This document shows, piece by piece, positions 1-9,105 of a stretch of 41,523 bases of DNA (positions are counted from its first letter, which is position 1; the number at the start of each line of letters is the position of its first letter). A program made the translations under genes and the position numbers. The notes below the pieces were generated by a model. That model had not been told where the DNA came from. It saw only the letters and a program-made list of their open reading frames with translations, and ran no database searches. The stretch spans positions 1-41,523 of the forward strand of contig DCBD01000028.1 in assembly GCA_002313355.1 (NCBI GenBank), read 5' to 3'. This stretch comes from Opitutia bacterium UBA1116 (GTDB lineage: Bacteria > Verrucomicrobiota > Verrucomicrobiia > Opitutales > UBA1977).

Positions 1-1299
1 GATGAAGAACACCGCTTTGGCGTCCGGCACAAAGAGCAAATTAAAGAGCTCAAAGCCCACGTGGACGTCCTTGCTATGAGTGCAACTCCCATCCCACGCT
101 CTCTGTATATGGCCCTCGTTGGCGCACGCGATCTCAGTGTTATTGAGACTCCCCCGAACGACCGTCTCCCCATTCAAACCATTGTAAAAGGCTATGATTT
201 AAAACTTGTTGAGCAAGCGGTCCGCTATGAAATAGAGCGAGGTGGGCAGGTTTTTTACCTCCATAACCGAGTGAGCACGATTGAAGCAGTCGCACAGCGC
301 TTGGAAGAGCTTATCCCAGACCTGAAAGTTGCCGTTGGGCATGGGCAGATGAGCGAGACTCAGCTTGAACGCGTCATGACGCAATTCGTTGAAGGAAAAC
401 ACGATGTGCTCGTATCAACAACGATCATTGAATCAGGCTTGGATATTCCTAATTGCAATACGCTCATCATTGAAAGTGCCGACCGTTTTGGCTTGGCCCA
501 GCTCTACCAGATCCGCGGACGCGTTGGTCGCTTTAACCGACAGGCCTACGCGTACCTCCTCCTCCACCGCCATGCCCGTGTGGTAGAACACGCTCATAAG
601 CGGCTTAGTGCACTGCGCCAACACAATCAACTAGGTGCCGGCTACCGCATTGCTATGCGAGATCTCGAGCTGCGGGGAGCAGGCAATATCTTAGGTAAAG
701 AACAAAGCGGGCATATTGCAGGCGTTGGTTTTGACCTCTATTGCCAACTCCTGCGCCAGAGCATTGCTCGCCTAAAGAGTCAAGATCCCCTTGCTGGGCT
801 GATTCGCTGTCATGTGCGGCTTGATTTTGTGCATCTTGGAGAAGGAATACGCACTGAAAAAGATAGCTCCCATGAAAATGATTTTAAAGCACTCAAATCC
901 AAGGAGTTAGAGGCATTCAAATCAGAGATCATCGATGCCTGCATTCCTGAAACCTACGTCGGAGAGACTCGACTGAGGATTGACACCTACCGCCAACTAG
1001 CCATGGCAGGAAGCCGCAGTGAAGTGGAATCCATTGAACAAGCACTGGAGGACCGCTTTGGTCCATTACCCCCAAATGTTCAGGCGCTTATCTGGCTCAG
1101 TAAAATCCGTTGTGCTGCCGAAAAAAAAGAATTCGTCGGCATTGAAACCGAAGGTAACCAGCTCAAATGCCAGTGTTTACGAAGCTCACGGGGGAATTTT
1201 TTAAAGCGAGGAGGCCGTTTTCCTCGCTTGACGCAACAAGATCCCTTTCTAAAGTTGCAAGAAATACTCAAGTTTATTGAAAATCATAGGGTTGTTTAA
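1..1299 (+). CDS. mfd: Transcription-repair coupling factor, 3' part (5' end lies outside the window)
   Basis: Frame is open from base 1 ([12 protein letters not shown]), then [29 protein letters not shown] and [12 protein letters not shown] motifs and a C-terminal TRCF domain. Confidence 0.97.
   Translation, partial: DEEHRFGVRHKEQIKELKAHVDVLAMSATPIPRSLYMALVGARDLSVIETPPNDRLPIQTIVKGYDLKLVEQAVRYEIERGGQVFYLHNRVSTIEAVAQRLEELIPDLKVAVGHGQMSETQLERVMTQFVEGKHDVLVSTTIIESGLDIPNCNTLIIESADRFGLAQLYQIRGRVGRFNRQAYAYLLLHRHARVVEHAHKRLSALRQHNQLGAGYRIAMRDLELRGAGNILGKEQSGHIAGVGFDLYCQLLRQSIARLKSQDPLAGLIRCHVRLDFVHLGEGIRTEKDSSHENDFKALKSKELEAFKSEIIDACIPETYVGETRLRIDTYRQLAMAGSRSEVESIEQALEDRFGPLPPNVQALIWLSKIRCAAEKKEFVGIETEGNQLKCQCLRSSRGNFLKRGGRFPRLTQQDPFLKLQEILKFIENHRVV
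579..592 (+). repeat. Dispersed copy of the 14-bp pseudo-palindromic motif (TGTGGTAGAACACG), inside mfd
   Basis: 14/14 match to consensus TGTGGTMGRMCACR derived from the 40945-41105 cluster; identical over 15 bp to the recR copy. Confidence 0.75.
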
Positions 1300-1310
1300 C
1301 TAATTTAGAA

Positions 1311-2465
1311 ATGAAGTCATTTATTTATTTATTGATAGGATTCTTAGCCGCTTGGACTCACCTTTTTGCTGAAGACACAAGTGATCAACAAGCACCCGCA
1401 GCCGACAAAACAGGAGCTCAAACAACAACCAGCAGCCAAATACCCTTGGTCTCCTCAGATGCGACAAGCGCAGAAGCTGACAAAAACAATTTCGACATTG
1501 ATTTTTCTCAATCTCAAAACCCAGGAAACGACAATACCCTTCCCCGTTTATGGGAACAAGGAAATGCAGGTGGCATTGCGGCCGTTGTTGAAGACCAGAT
1601 CATTACCATTGAAGAACTCCGTAAGGAAGTAGCCCCTTTTGTGCAACAGTTGCAACGTGAGGCACGCTCCCCTGAAGACTTTAATCGCAGGCTCGAAAAC
1701 CTATCTCAACAAGCGATGCGTTATCTAGTCGATGAAGCTCTCGTCCTCAACTCATTTAAGGACAAACAAGAAAAAACTAAATTCAAAATCCCTCAAAGCT
1801 ATATTGACAGCCAAATCGATCAATACATCGCATCCAAGTTTAACAATGATCGCAAAGCCTTCATCGCCTCCCTTAAAGCACAAGGGAAAACACAGCGCCA
1901 GTTTGAACAAGAGTTTGAAGATCAAATTGCCATTAGCTACATGCGAGGCCAAATCCAAAAATCTCAAGCTGAGATCAGTCCAGAAAAAATTGAGCAATTC
2001 TATCGCGACCACCCGCAGCTCTTTCGCCAAGAAGATGCTGTCGACATGTACATGATCACGCTTAAAACGGAGCAAGACACCGAGACCATTAAAGTTCTCG
2101 AAACAACGTTCAAAGAAGGCAAAGTACAGACGGGCGAACAATTTCAAAAGCTAGCCCGCAAGCACAGTCGAGATGAGAAGCGTAAGGATGGTGGAGACTG
2201 GGGCTGGGTCAGCAAAGAAGACTTACGCGGAGAAATCGCGGATCGTGCTTTCGCTCTAAAACCTGGCGAGCATACCGGCCCTATCGTCGTAGGCAAGTCG
2301 ACTTTTTTCATCTTCGTTAAAGACAAGCGAAAGGCGGGAACCAAGGATCTGGAACTCGTACGCAGCAATATTGAAGACATGCTCTCAAATCAACTCTCGC
2401 AGCAGGCCCAAGAGCGCTGGCTCGAGGGTCTACGCAAGAAAGCGTACATCAAGTACTACTACTAA
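1311..2465 (+). CDS. SurA/PrsA-type parvulin peptidyl-prolyl isomerase chaperone
   Basis: Signal peptide, IAAVVEDQIIT SurA N-domain start, rotamase motif FQKLARKHSRD..GGDWGWV; follows mfd as is common. Confidence 0.9.
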   Translation: MKSFIYLLIGFLAAWTHLFAEDTSDQQAPAADKTGAQTTTSSQIPLVSSDATSAEADKNNFDIDFSQSQNPGNDNTLPRLWEQGNAGGIAAVVEDQIITIEELRKEVAPFVQQLQREARSPEDFNRRLENLSQQAMRYLVDEALVLNSFKDKQEKTKFKIPQSYIDSQIDQYIASKFNNDRKAFIASLKAQGKTQRQFEQEFEDQIAISYMRGQIQKSQAEISPEKIEQFYRDHPQLFRQEDAVDMYMITLKTEQDTETIKVLETTFKEGKVQTGEQFQKLARKHSRDEKRKDGGDWGWVSKEDLRGEIADRAFALKPGEHTGPIVVGKSTFFIFVKDKRKAGTKDLELVRSNIEDMLSNQLSQQAQERWLEGLRKKAYIKYYY

Positions 2466-2486
2466 AATACGCTTTGCTTCAGTTGT

Positions 2487-4292
2487 TTAAGCATTGTCGA
2501 CAGAGTCTTCGACTAGGCAATGCTGGCGCGTAATGTCGTGCAGTGTGACGATGCCAAGTAGGCGCCGCGCATCGAGCTTGCTTAAGACAGGGGCATAGAG
2601 CAGTTCCTTATCGACAAAAATACGGTCTGCATGCTGGATAGATGTCTCCGGGTGGACGGACTCGACGTCTTTATCTGTCGCAATTAAATCGCTAATAGGC
2701 TCTTTGGGGTGGTTTTTTGCTAAGAGCTCAAGTTCAGGATGTGTTAACATGGTTAAGAAACCACCATTTTCATTGAGAACAGGATAAGCACGGTGCCGGC
2801 GCTCGCCCATTTGCTCCAAGTTTTCCCCTGCGCTCATATAAGCATAGAGATTGAGGGTATCGTAAGTCATGATTGCACTGACAGGGAGGTTGCGATAATC
2901 TTGAGGGCCTCGATAGCTCGGCAGTGAACGGAGGTTAATCTTATCCTGCAGGAGGAGTGCATTGTAAATGGAAACTGGTTTTAAGCGTGCTGCGAGGAAA
3001 TAGGCAATCATGTTGCCTACCATCAGAGGTAGGATCAACGAGTAGTTGAGCGTCATCTCAAAGATGATGAAAATCGATGTGAGTGGGCATCGGATAATGG
3101 AGGCAAAAAAAGCTCCCATACCCAAAAGAGCACAGGCTGCAACCACGGTATCGGGCGTTGCAAAGATGAGCTTAAGGAGAACACCAAACACGCCACCGAC
3201 CATACCACCAAAGAAGAGTGCTGGAGAAAAAAGGCCCCCACTTCCCCCTGCTGCATAGGCAAAAATGGTTGCGATAAATTTACCAACGAAGAGATAGAGC
3301 ATCGTCATCCCGGTGAGCTTTGCACCAAGAGCAAGGTCGACATTACCATAGCCAATACTAAAAACACCATTTTCTTGGGTAAGGAGAAAAACAGCTGTTG
3401 CAATAATCCCAACAGCAAGCCCCCCTAGGCCAGGCTTCATCCAGGCAGGTATGGGTAAGCGATCTTTAAAAAAATGACGCATATCTAGGAGTCCAATGAC
3501 AAAGAAATGCCCCAAAAGACCCGCAGCAAGCCCTAAAGGAATGCAGACGAGCATCCAAAGCCCAGACTCTGGCATAGCGCCAATAATAAAGGTGGGGTGC
3601 TCGCCAAGAAGACTTCGCTCGACAACAGCAGCCACAACTACAGCCATCAAGATGCCACCCAGAGCGCGGCTGTTGAAATCTTCAAGGAGTTCTTCAAAGA
3701 CAAAGGTGATAGCAGAAATTGGAGCATTAAAAGCTGCAGCGATCCCTGCCCCCATGCCAACCGGAACCATGGCCCGAACGCGCTGTTTTGCTAGGCCAAA
3801 AAAGCGACCCAGGCTAGAAGCAATAGCCGCACACATGTGAACCGTCGGCCCTTCACGACCGAGACTATTACCTGAGCCGACAAAAATGCACCCAAGCAAG
3901 AATCGGTAAATACCCTCGCGAAGGCTGATCATCCCAAAGTCTCGATAATAGGCGACTTTTGTCTGCGGAATGCCACTACCCGCGGCGTTAGGGGCAAGCG
4001 TTGTGAGGATAATGCCAGCGATAAGCCCCCCCAGGGCAGGCACTAAGGGCATAAATATCACAAAATAAAGCGGGTCTAGCCCGAGCATAAAATCCCAAAT
4101 AAAGTAGAAAATGTAGTGCAGTGACAGGTGAAATGAAACAGCAGCTAGGCCGCAGGCAGTCCCCGCGATCATGCAGAGGATGAGGAAACGCTCCCCGTCA
4201 CTAAAGCGCCAGCGGAGCCAATCATGCCAGTGGCTGAGTGAAAGGGGCGGGAACTTAGCCCGGACAAGATGGATGAGTTCAGAGCGCTTCAT
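2487..4292 (-). CDS. ClC-family Cl-/H+ antiporter with C-terminal CBS pair (likely start MKRSEL at 4292; track start 4313)
   Basis: GSGIP, GREGP (gating Glu), FVFEEL (proton Glu), GGLFSP and central Tyr (SIY) motifs; CBS-like tail. Confidence 0.93.
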   Translation of the reverse strand: MKRSELIHLVRAKFPPLSLSHWHDWLRWRFSDGERFLILCMIAGTACGLAAVSFHLSLHYIFYFIWDFMLGLDPLYFVIFMPLVPALGGLIAGIILTTLAPNAAGSGIPQTKVAYYRDFGMISLREGIYRFLLGCIFVGSGNSLGREGPTVHMCAAIASSLGRFFGLAKQRVRAMVPVGMGAGIAAAFNAPISAITFVFEELLEDFNSRALGGILMAVVVAAVVERSLLGEHPTFIIGAMPESGLWMLVCIPLGLAAGLLGHFFVIGLLDMRHFFKDRLPIPAWMKPGLGGLAVGIIATAVFLLTQENGVFSIGYGNVDLALGAKLTGMTMLYLFVGKFIATIFAYAAGGSGGLFSPALFFGGMVGGVFGVLLKLIFATPDTVVAACALLGMGAFFASIIRCPLTSIFIIFEMTLNYSLILPLMVGNMIAYFLAARLKPVSIYNALLLQDKINLRSLPSYRGPQDYRNLPVSAIMTYDTLNLYAYMSAGENLEQMGERRHRAYPVLNENGGFLTMLTHPELELLAKNHPKEPISDLIATDKDVESVHPETSIQHADRIFVDKELLYAPVLSKLDARRLLGIVTLHDITRQHCLVEDSVDNA

Positions 4293-4435
4293 GGGCAGCA
4301 AATGGCAGTCCACCCCTTGTATAGGGCAAGTCCTTCAAAAATGCAGTAAAAAAAGCTTGGCAAAGCGCTCAAGCTCCCTACGCTCACTGACACTGTTTTT
4401 TAAGCAGCTGTGAGGCTTTTGCCTCACCTTCCTAC

Positions 4436-4522
4436 GGTGGGATATCCAAGCGGCCAAAGGATGCAGACTGTAAATCTGTCGGGGCTTCCCCTTCGAGCGT
4501 TCGAATCGCTCTCCCACCACCA
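4436..4522 (+). tRNA. tRNA-Tyr(GTA)
   Basis: Acceptor GGTGGGA/TCCCACC + A + CCA, anticodon arm GCAGA-CTGTAAA-TCTGT, long variable arm, T-arm GAGCG-TTCGAAT-CGCTC. Confidence 0.97.
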
Positions 4523-4539
4523 CTCTTTCCTAATCAACT

Positions 4540-4571
4540 AAGCTACCCGGATGGGTAAGCTTTTTTATTTT
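4540..4571 (+). terminator. Intrinsic terminator after tRNA-Tyr
   Basis: AGCTACCC-GGAT-GGGT(A)AGCT stem followed by a T-run. Confidence 0.7.
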
Positions 4572-4623
4572 GCAGTTTTTTCAAAAAGCTTTCTTCTAGG
4601 AGGCACTTAAATACGAGGCATTT

Positions 4624-5628
4624 ATGTTTTTTGACGAGATTAAAGTTCAGCTCAAAGCGGGCAAAGGTGGGGATGGATGCATGAGCTTCCGCCGTGAAAA
4701 GTATATCCCTAAAGGAGGGCCTAATGGTGGCGATGGCGGCCGGGGCGGAGATATTGTCGTCGTCTGCGATCACAATGTCTCGGACCTGACGAAGTACCAC
4801 TTCAAAAGCCACTATGAAGCGCCCAATGGCAGAACGGGCGAGGGCCAAGAAAAAACAGGCGCATCCGGGAATGCCGTTGAGCTTCCTATGCCACCGGGAA
4901 CGATTATTTACGATCTTAATACAGGCCGTGAAGTCCTCGAATTGCTCGAGCATGGGCAACGCGTTGTCCTCCTCAAGGGAGGTAAAGGTGGCCTTGGCAA
5001 TACGCACTTTAAATCTTCAGTAAACCAAGTCCCACGGCAATTTACCCACGGTGAAGCTGGGCAAGAGGGCCATTTCAAGCTCGAGCTGAAAACCATGGCC
5101 GATGTCGGGCTTGTGGGTTTTCCTAACGCTGGAAAATCTACCTTAATTGGGATGATCACCGAAGCTCATCCCAAAACAGCAGCCTACCCCTTCACCACTC
5201 TATTTCCCAGTGTCGGCATTATCCATTATCCTGATTGTTATGGACGCCTTCGCATGGCAGACATCCCAGGGCTCATCGTAGGCGCCAGTGAAAATCGTGG
5301 CCTTGGACACCGCTTCTTACGGCATATCGAGCGCTGTTTAGTCCTCGTCATCATCCTGGATATGGCTGGCGAAGACGGGCGAGATCCCCTCCAAGACTAC
5401 GTTGACTTGCTCAAGGAACTCGAGCTCTACAACCCAGCCCTCCTCCAAAAACCACGTCTTGTTGCTGCAAACAAAATGGACGAAGAAGCTGCCGTTAAGC
5501 ACCTAGCACGCTTTAAGAAACAATATCCAGACGTTGCCGTACAGCCAATATCTTGCATCGGCGAAGAGGGGCTCGAAGAGCTCAAAACCACACTGTGGAA
5601 TAAGGTACACTCGCTCCAGGAAAAGTAA
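4624..5628 (+). CDS. obgE: GTPase Obg/CgtA
   Basis: Gly-rich Obg fold (SFRREKYIPKGGPNGGDGG), G1 GFPNAGKS, YPFTT, DIPG, NKMD. Confidence 0.98.
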   Translation: MFFDEIKVQLKAGKGGDGCMSFRREKYIPKGGPNGGDGGRGGDIVVVCDHNVSDLTKYHFKSHYEAPNGRTGEGQEKTGASGNAVELPMPPGTIIYDLNTGREVLELLEHGQRVVLLKGGKGGLGNTHFKSSVNQVPRQFTHGEAGQEGHFKLELKTMADVGLVGFPNAGKSTLIGMITEAHPKTAAYPFTTLFPSVGIIHYPDCYGRLRMADIPGLIVGASENRGLGHRFLRHIERCLVLVIILDMAGEDGRDPLQDYVDLLKELELYNPALLQKPRLVAANKMDEEAAVKHLARFKKQYPDVAVQPISCIGEEGLEELKTTLWNKVHSLQEK

Positions 5629-5629
5629 T

Positions 5630-5703
5630 TGGTGCGGGCGGAGGGAATTGAACCCTCGATTCAAGCTTGGGAAGCTCACGTATTACCACTATACTACGCC
5701 CGC
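5630..5703 (-). tRNA. tRNA-Gly(CCC)
   Basis: Reverse complement GCGGGCG...TGAGC-TTCCCAA-GCTTG...GAGGG-TTCAATT-CCCTC-CGCCCGC-A-CCA; 74 nt. Confidence 0.96.
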
Positions 5704-5767
5704 AAGGACGTGTAAAAAATGTGCTAAGCAAAGGCTTTTGCAATACAAAAAGAGAGTAGAAACGTCA

Positions 5768-6361
5768 CTAAAAGTGTTTTCGACTTTCGAGGGCACTTCG
5801 GAGGGTTGCAGGATCCGCATAGACGACATCTCCCCCGCTAGGTAGGCCAAAGCCGATACGCGTAACCTGGATGGGCCGGTTACCGACAATCTCCTCCTGG
5901 ATGTAGTGGCAGGTTGCCTCGCCCTCAATGTCATTAGGTAGCGCCAAAATAAGCTCTTCGATTGTGCCGGCCTCTAGGCGAGCTCTTAGGGAACCAAAAT
6001 TAAGATCTTCAGGACCAACACCTTGTATCGGAGAAAGCTTGCCATGCAAAACGTGGTAGTACCCAGGGAAAGCCCCCGAACGCTCCATAGAAAATAGGTC
6101 CGGAACGTGTTCTACCACACATAAAACCGTGGAATTCCGGGATGGATCCTCACACAGGGTACAACGAGCTTCTTCAGCAAGATTGCCACACGTACTACAG
6201 CGAGCAACCTTGCCAGCTGCTTCCTGGAGAGCATTCACCAAAATCGGTAGAGATGCTGGTTTTTCAAGCAGAAGGTGCAAAGCCAAGCGCTCGGACGACC
6301 TAAACCCAAGCCCAGGGAGCTTTTTTAAGACTTGCTGGAGCTTGTCGAAGGCCGGCGTCAT
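5768..6361 (-). CDS. recR: Recombination mediator RecR
   Basis: HhH (LPGLG), C4 zinc finger, Toprim (CVVE, YHVLHG, EGEAT). Confidence 0.97.
   Translation of the reverse strand: MTPAFDKLQQVLKKLPGLGFRSSERLALHLLLEKPASLPILVNALQEAAGKVARCSTCGNLAEEARCTLCEDPSRNSTVLCVVEHVPDLFSMERSGAFPGYYHVLHGKLSPIQGVGPEDLNFGSLRARLEAGTIEELILALPNDIEGEATCHYIQEEIVGNRPIQVTRIGFGLPSGGDVVYADPATLRSALESRKHF
6106..6119 (-). repeat. Dispersed copy of the 14-bp motif (TGTGGTAGAACACG on - strand), inside recR
   Basis: 14/14 consensus match; partly overlaps conserved CVVE codons, so coding constraint contributes. Confidence 0.7.
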
Positions 6362-6380
6362 CTCGCCAAAAGGTTAAAAA

Positions 6381-6695
6381 TTATAGGCCGGGCATACCGG
6401 GGAGATTGAAGCCGCCGGTGGCTTTTTCCATCTCTGATTCGCCATATTCGCGGGCTTTTTGAGAAGCCTCGCGAATGGCGCCGAGGAGAGTCTCCTCAAT
6501 GAGGGCCTTGTCTTCTTTTATAAGATCCTCACTGAGAGTGACTTCATGAAACTCACCAGACCCACTTACCCGGATCGCTACGGCACCACCGCCGTAGCTA
6601 ACATCGAGCATGGTCTCAGCAAGGCCCGCCTGCATTGCCTCGACTTGCTTCTGCATCTTTTGAGCCTGCTTGAGTAACTTACCAACCCCAGCCAT
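6381..6695 (-). CDS. ybaB: YbaB/EbfC nucleoid-associated protein
   Basis: KLLKQAQKMQ..GGGAV..SGSGE..TGG signature; directly upstream of recR. Confidence 0.93.
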   Translation of the reverse strand: MAGVGKLLKQAQKMQKQVEAMQAGLAETMLDVSYGGGAVAIRVSGSGEFHEVTLSEDLIKEDKALIEETLLGAIREASQKAREYGESEMEKATGGFNLPGMPGL

Positions 6696-6740
6696 AATTT
6701 TGTTAAATACTAATGTTCAAGAAAATATGAAACAAAGCTA

Positions 6741-6836
6741 TTATGCCGGACGCTTCTTATGGCGATTAGCGCGTGAACGCTTACGGCGCTTGTGCTTGTT
6801 CATCTTGAGACGACGCTTCTTCTTTAAGTTACCCAT
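6741..6836 (-). CDS. 31-aa basic protein, AURKAIP1/COX24 (bS22/mS38-like) family; not in ORF track
   Basis: Hand translation [31 protein letters not shown], matching the MGS..KKRR.KM.KHK.RK pattern. Confidence 0.88.
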   Translation of the reverse strand: MGNLKKKRRLKMNKHKRRKRSRANRHKKRPA

Positions 6837-6935
6837 ATATTTATACTTACAATCTTTCGGCTTTCAGAAAGTCCAAGCATCATTAACAAATGATACAGCT
6901 AGTAAAGCTTTTTTTCGCAAAGGATTTCGAAATGT

Positions 6936-7721
6936 TTATAACGCATGCATCTTACTTAGACGCTCAAGAGCAACTTTGAGCTTTTGAGGGGGCAGTATTT
7001 CGACTGGATGACCCAATGCAGGCATCTGAACCTCGGCTAAATGGAGGTAAATACCCGGATAAAGAGGCCTTTCTTGAGAGCGACCTTTGTAGCGACGCTT
7101 AAATTGAGAAAGGTATGGTAAGGGCTCTTGGGTGTATAAATCTTCACCAACAATATGAAGACCACATTCAGCAGCATGACAACGAACTTGATGTAAGCGA
7201 TAGTAAGGAACAAGAGCTTCCCAGCAAGAATAAGGCCCTATGCTTTCAAGATGGCGAAAGCATGTTTTAGCCTGTTTGCCAGTGCGGTGAGAAACAAGAA
7301 GTTCATTCTTTTTTGCATGAACAGCCAATGGAAGCTCACAAGTAAAGGGCTTTGTATCAGGACGTACATTTCTAGCTAAAAACTGAAACCGTAGCATGCA
7401 CACATTTGAGCCATAATCATTGCGAAATTTTGCCGATAGATCTGCCGTGCCACAATAAACAACAGCCCCACTCGCCTCTGGATCTAAAAGATAGACCGGT
7501 CGAACATGCTTAAGGGCAAAACGATCCAGCTCAGGCTTATCAGCATCCAACTGTGATTGCAAAGCTTCCGTCAAACAAGGGGAATCAGGATACCAAGGGT
7601 GCCGATCAACAAGAACGCCAGGGGGCTTTTCAAGAACGATTACACCTGCTTGCGCAGCAAATACGGTAAGGCGATATGTTTGCTCTCCAAGAAGCGGTGA
7701 AGGAAACCCAATGAATGGCAT
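6936..7721 (-). CDS. RluA-family pseudouridine synthase-like protein with degenerate motifs
   Basis: KPPGVLV, VYLLDPEASG (cf. VHRLDxxTSG), GKQAKT, YRLHQVRCHAA..G..IVGEDLY, LHLAEV. Confidence 0.8.
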   Translation of the reverse strand: MPFIGFPSPLLGEQTYRLTVFAAQAGVIVLEKPPGVLVDRHPWYPDSPCLTEALQSQLDADKPELDRFALKHVRPVYLLDPEASGAVVYCGTADLSAKFRNDYGSNVCMLRFQFLARNVRPDTKPFTCELPLAVHAKKNELLVSHRTGKQAKTCFRHLESIGPYSCWEALVPYYRLHQVRCHAAECGLHIVGEDLYTQEPLPYLSQFKRRYKGRSQERPLYPGIYLHLAEVQMPALGHPVEILPPQKLKVALERLSKMHAL

Positions 7722-7774
7722 GCTCGCATGCTACAAGGAGATAACTGAACTTCAAGGAAAAGGTATACAACGGC

Positions 7775-8356
7775 TTAACGGCCCTTAACACCCGAATTGT
7801 TTACCACGGTTAAAGACTGCCTTTTAAGTTCAGGTATATTTTGAGGGTCAACGCCTTTCTTACCACAGACACCAAACAAATTCTTTTCTGCAGCCCCTGA
7901 AGCATCCGTATCTTGCGCACACCTAAATGCCATACGTGCCAAAAGCAAATTACCTCTATCTTCCTGAGAGGCAGTTATTAGTGTATGAACGATCTTTTCT
8001 TTAAGGTCCTTAGGGCACTCATTGTCCATACCCATTTCGCTCATAGCCTTAAAGGCACGCATCTTTTCAGACCCACTTGCATACCTGTCTTTAACAACAC
8101 TGAAAACAGCTTGGTAGCGATCCTCATGGCCAAGGTTTTTATCAAAGCCTGCATTAATTGAAGAAGTATGGTCGACCTCAAAAGAGAATACACTCTTTGC
8201 ACGATCAACTACAGAAGGTCTACTTGTTTCTTTTTGAGCCTTAGGCTCCTGACCTGTACCTGCATCAACTTGACGACCCAAAAAAGTCTTCTTCTCTGGG
8301 CCTTGCGTCTCTTGAGTGTTAACGCGCCCTCCACTAACTCCATCAATACCTATCAT
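7775..8356 (-). CDS. Orphan protein with type III effector-like N-terminus
   Basis: 193-aa ORF with strong RBS (AGGAGG) and its own promoter; polar disordered N-terminus with FLGRQV motif. Confidence 0.75.
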   Translation of the reverse strand: MIGIDGVSGGRVNTQETQGPEKKTFLGRQVDAGTGQEPKAQKETSRPSVVDRAKSVFSFEVDHTSSINAGFDKNLGHEDRYQAVFSVVKDRYASGSEKMRAFKAMSEMGMDNECPKDLKEKIVHTLITASQEDRGNLLLARMAFRCAQDTDASGAAEKNLFGVCGKKGVDPQNIPELKRQSLTVVNNSGVKGR

Positions 8357-8378
8357 AATCCTATCCTCCTGTAGCCAT

Positions 8379-8407
8379 AGTATAGCTCATTTTGACTACA
8401 AATTCAA
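8379..8407 (-). promoter_or_regulatory. sigma70-type promoter of the orphan gene
   Basis: TTGAAT-N17-TATACT on the - strand. Confidence 0.6.
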
Positions 8408-8454
8408 ATTACAGGGACCCAAAAGGCCCACAAGGCCCTTGCTATAAACAACTT

Positions 8455-8492
8455 AAAAAATAGCCCCCAAAAGCACAAGGCTTCTGAGGGCT
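8455..8492 (-). terminator. Intrinsic terminator of rpsT
   Basis: AGCCCTCAGAAGC-CTTGT-GCTTTTGGGGGCT-A-TTTTTT on the - strand. Confidence 0.85.
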
Positions 8493-8517
8493 GGGATGGG
8501 ATGGATGGGAGGAAAGT

Positions 8518-8784
8518 TTACTCTGCTGCTGCAAAAACGTGCTTGGCCACTGCTTGCTTTTGACGGTTAGCGCGGTTTGTGTGAATGATATTACGCTTTG
8601 CAGCTTTATCTAAGGCTGAAGAGTATTCTACAGCAGCTTCTTTAGCTTTGCCAGCCTCATTTTGAGAGGCGAATAGGTGCACTTTCTTAGCGAGCGTCTT
8701 TAAGCGGCTCTTTACGTGGCGATTAGCCTCGGTGCGTTTTGCAATGCGACGAATGTCTTTTTTGGATGATTTGATATTAGCCAT
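8518..8784 (-). CDS. rpsT: 30S ribosomal protein S20
   Basis: MANIKSSKK..N..KSRLKT..LDKAAKRNIIHTNRANR. Confidence 0.97.
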   Translation of the reverse strand: MANIKSSKKDIRRIAKRTEANRHVKSRLKTLAKKVHLFASQNEAGKAKEAAVEYSSALDKAAKRNIIHTNRANRQKQAVAKHVFAAAE

Positions 8785-8976
8785 GAAAATATACCTAACT
8801 GTTTTAACTTTAGGTATATGAGCTGCCCGCTTCAGCTGTCAAGCTGTTAAAGACTGAATCCACGAACTACAATGGCTAAAAAACGACTTACAACAAAAAA
8901 CAAAATTGCAAGCATCTCAAAATTAGAGAGTTGCAAAATAATCCACTGGAAATAGGTGGAAATTTGAAAATTTCAC

Positions 8977-9003
8977 TCAAGTCGCCGTGCTCGGGGTCGA
9001 TGT
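8977..9003 (+). promoter_or_regulatory. sigma28 (FliA/SigD) promoter of flagellin
   Basis: TCAA-N15-GTCGATGT versus consensus TAAA-N15-GCCGATAA, about 100 nt upstream of the flagellin ATG. Confidence 0.75.
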
Positions 9004-9016
9004 ATGTGCACATCAC

Positions 9017-9030
9017 GGACAAGGATGTCC
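9017..9030 (+). promoter_or_regulatory. CsrA-binding hairpin 1 in the flagellin leader
   Basis: GGACA-AGGA-TGTCC; contains ACAAGGATGT, matching the CsrA consensus ACARGGAUGU. Confidence 0.75.
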
Positions 9031-9090
9031 AAGCAAAGCGTCTCCTCCCTTCGTGGGGCGTTTTGCAAAGTTAAAAGTTATTAACCCCAA

Positions 9091-9102
9091 ATCAAGGAAG
9101 AT
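9091..9102 (+). promoter_or_regulatory. CsrA-binding site 2 overlapping the flagellin Shine-Dalgarno
   Basis: ATC-AAGGAA-GAT mini-hairpin ending 3 nt before the ATG. Confidence 0.65.
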
Positions 9103-9105
9103 ACT

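Noticed and set aside
4410-4427. Hairpin GTGAGGC-TTTT-GCCTCAC just upstream of tRNA-Tyr
   Set aside because: No U-tract on either side; most simply a precursor-leader stem with no evidence of a separate element
4335-4523. 62-aa minus-strand ORF, and ORFs 5534-5845 and 5689-5934
   Set aside because: They are shadows of tRNA-Tyr, tRNA-Gly and recR
4543-5007. 154-aa minus-strand ORF and the many other 60-135 aa ORFs nested in long genes
   Set aside because: They overlap well-supported conserved genes on the opposite strand or in another frame and show no recognisable motifs
4436-5703. tRNA genes as integration sites for an island
   Set aside because: No integrase and no duplicated tRNA 3' end seen in the window; flanking genes are core
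6670-6987. 105-aa plus-strand ORF
   Set aside because: Antisense shadow of the bS22-like gene and flanking genes
8785-9105. sigma54 (-24/-12) promoter for flagellin or other genes
   Set aside because: No TGGCAC-N5-TTGC with correct GG-N10-GC spacing found by eye in the intergenic regions examined
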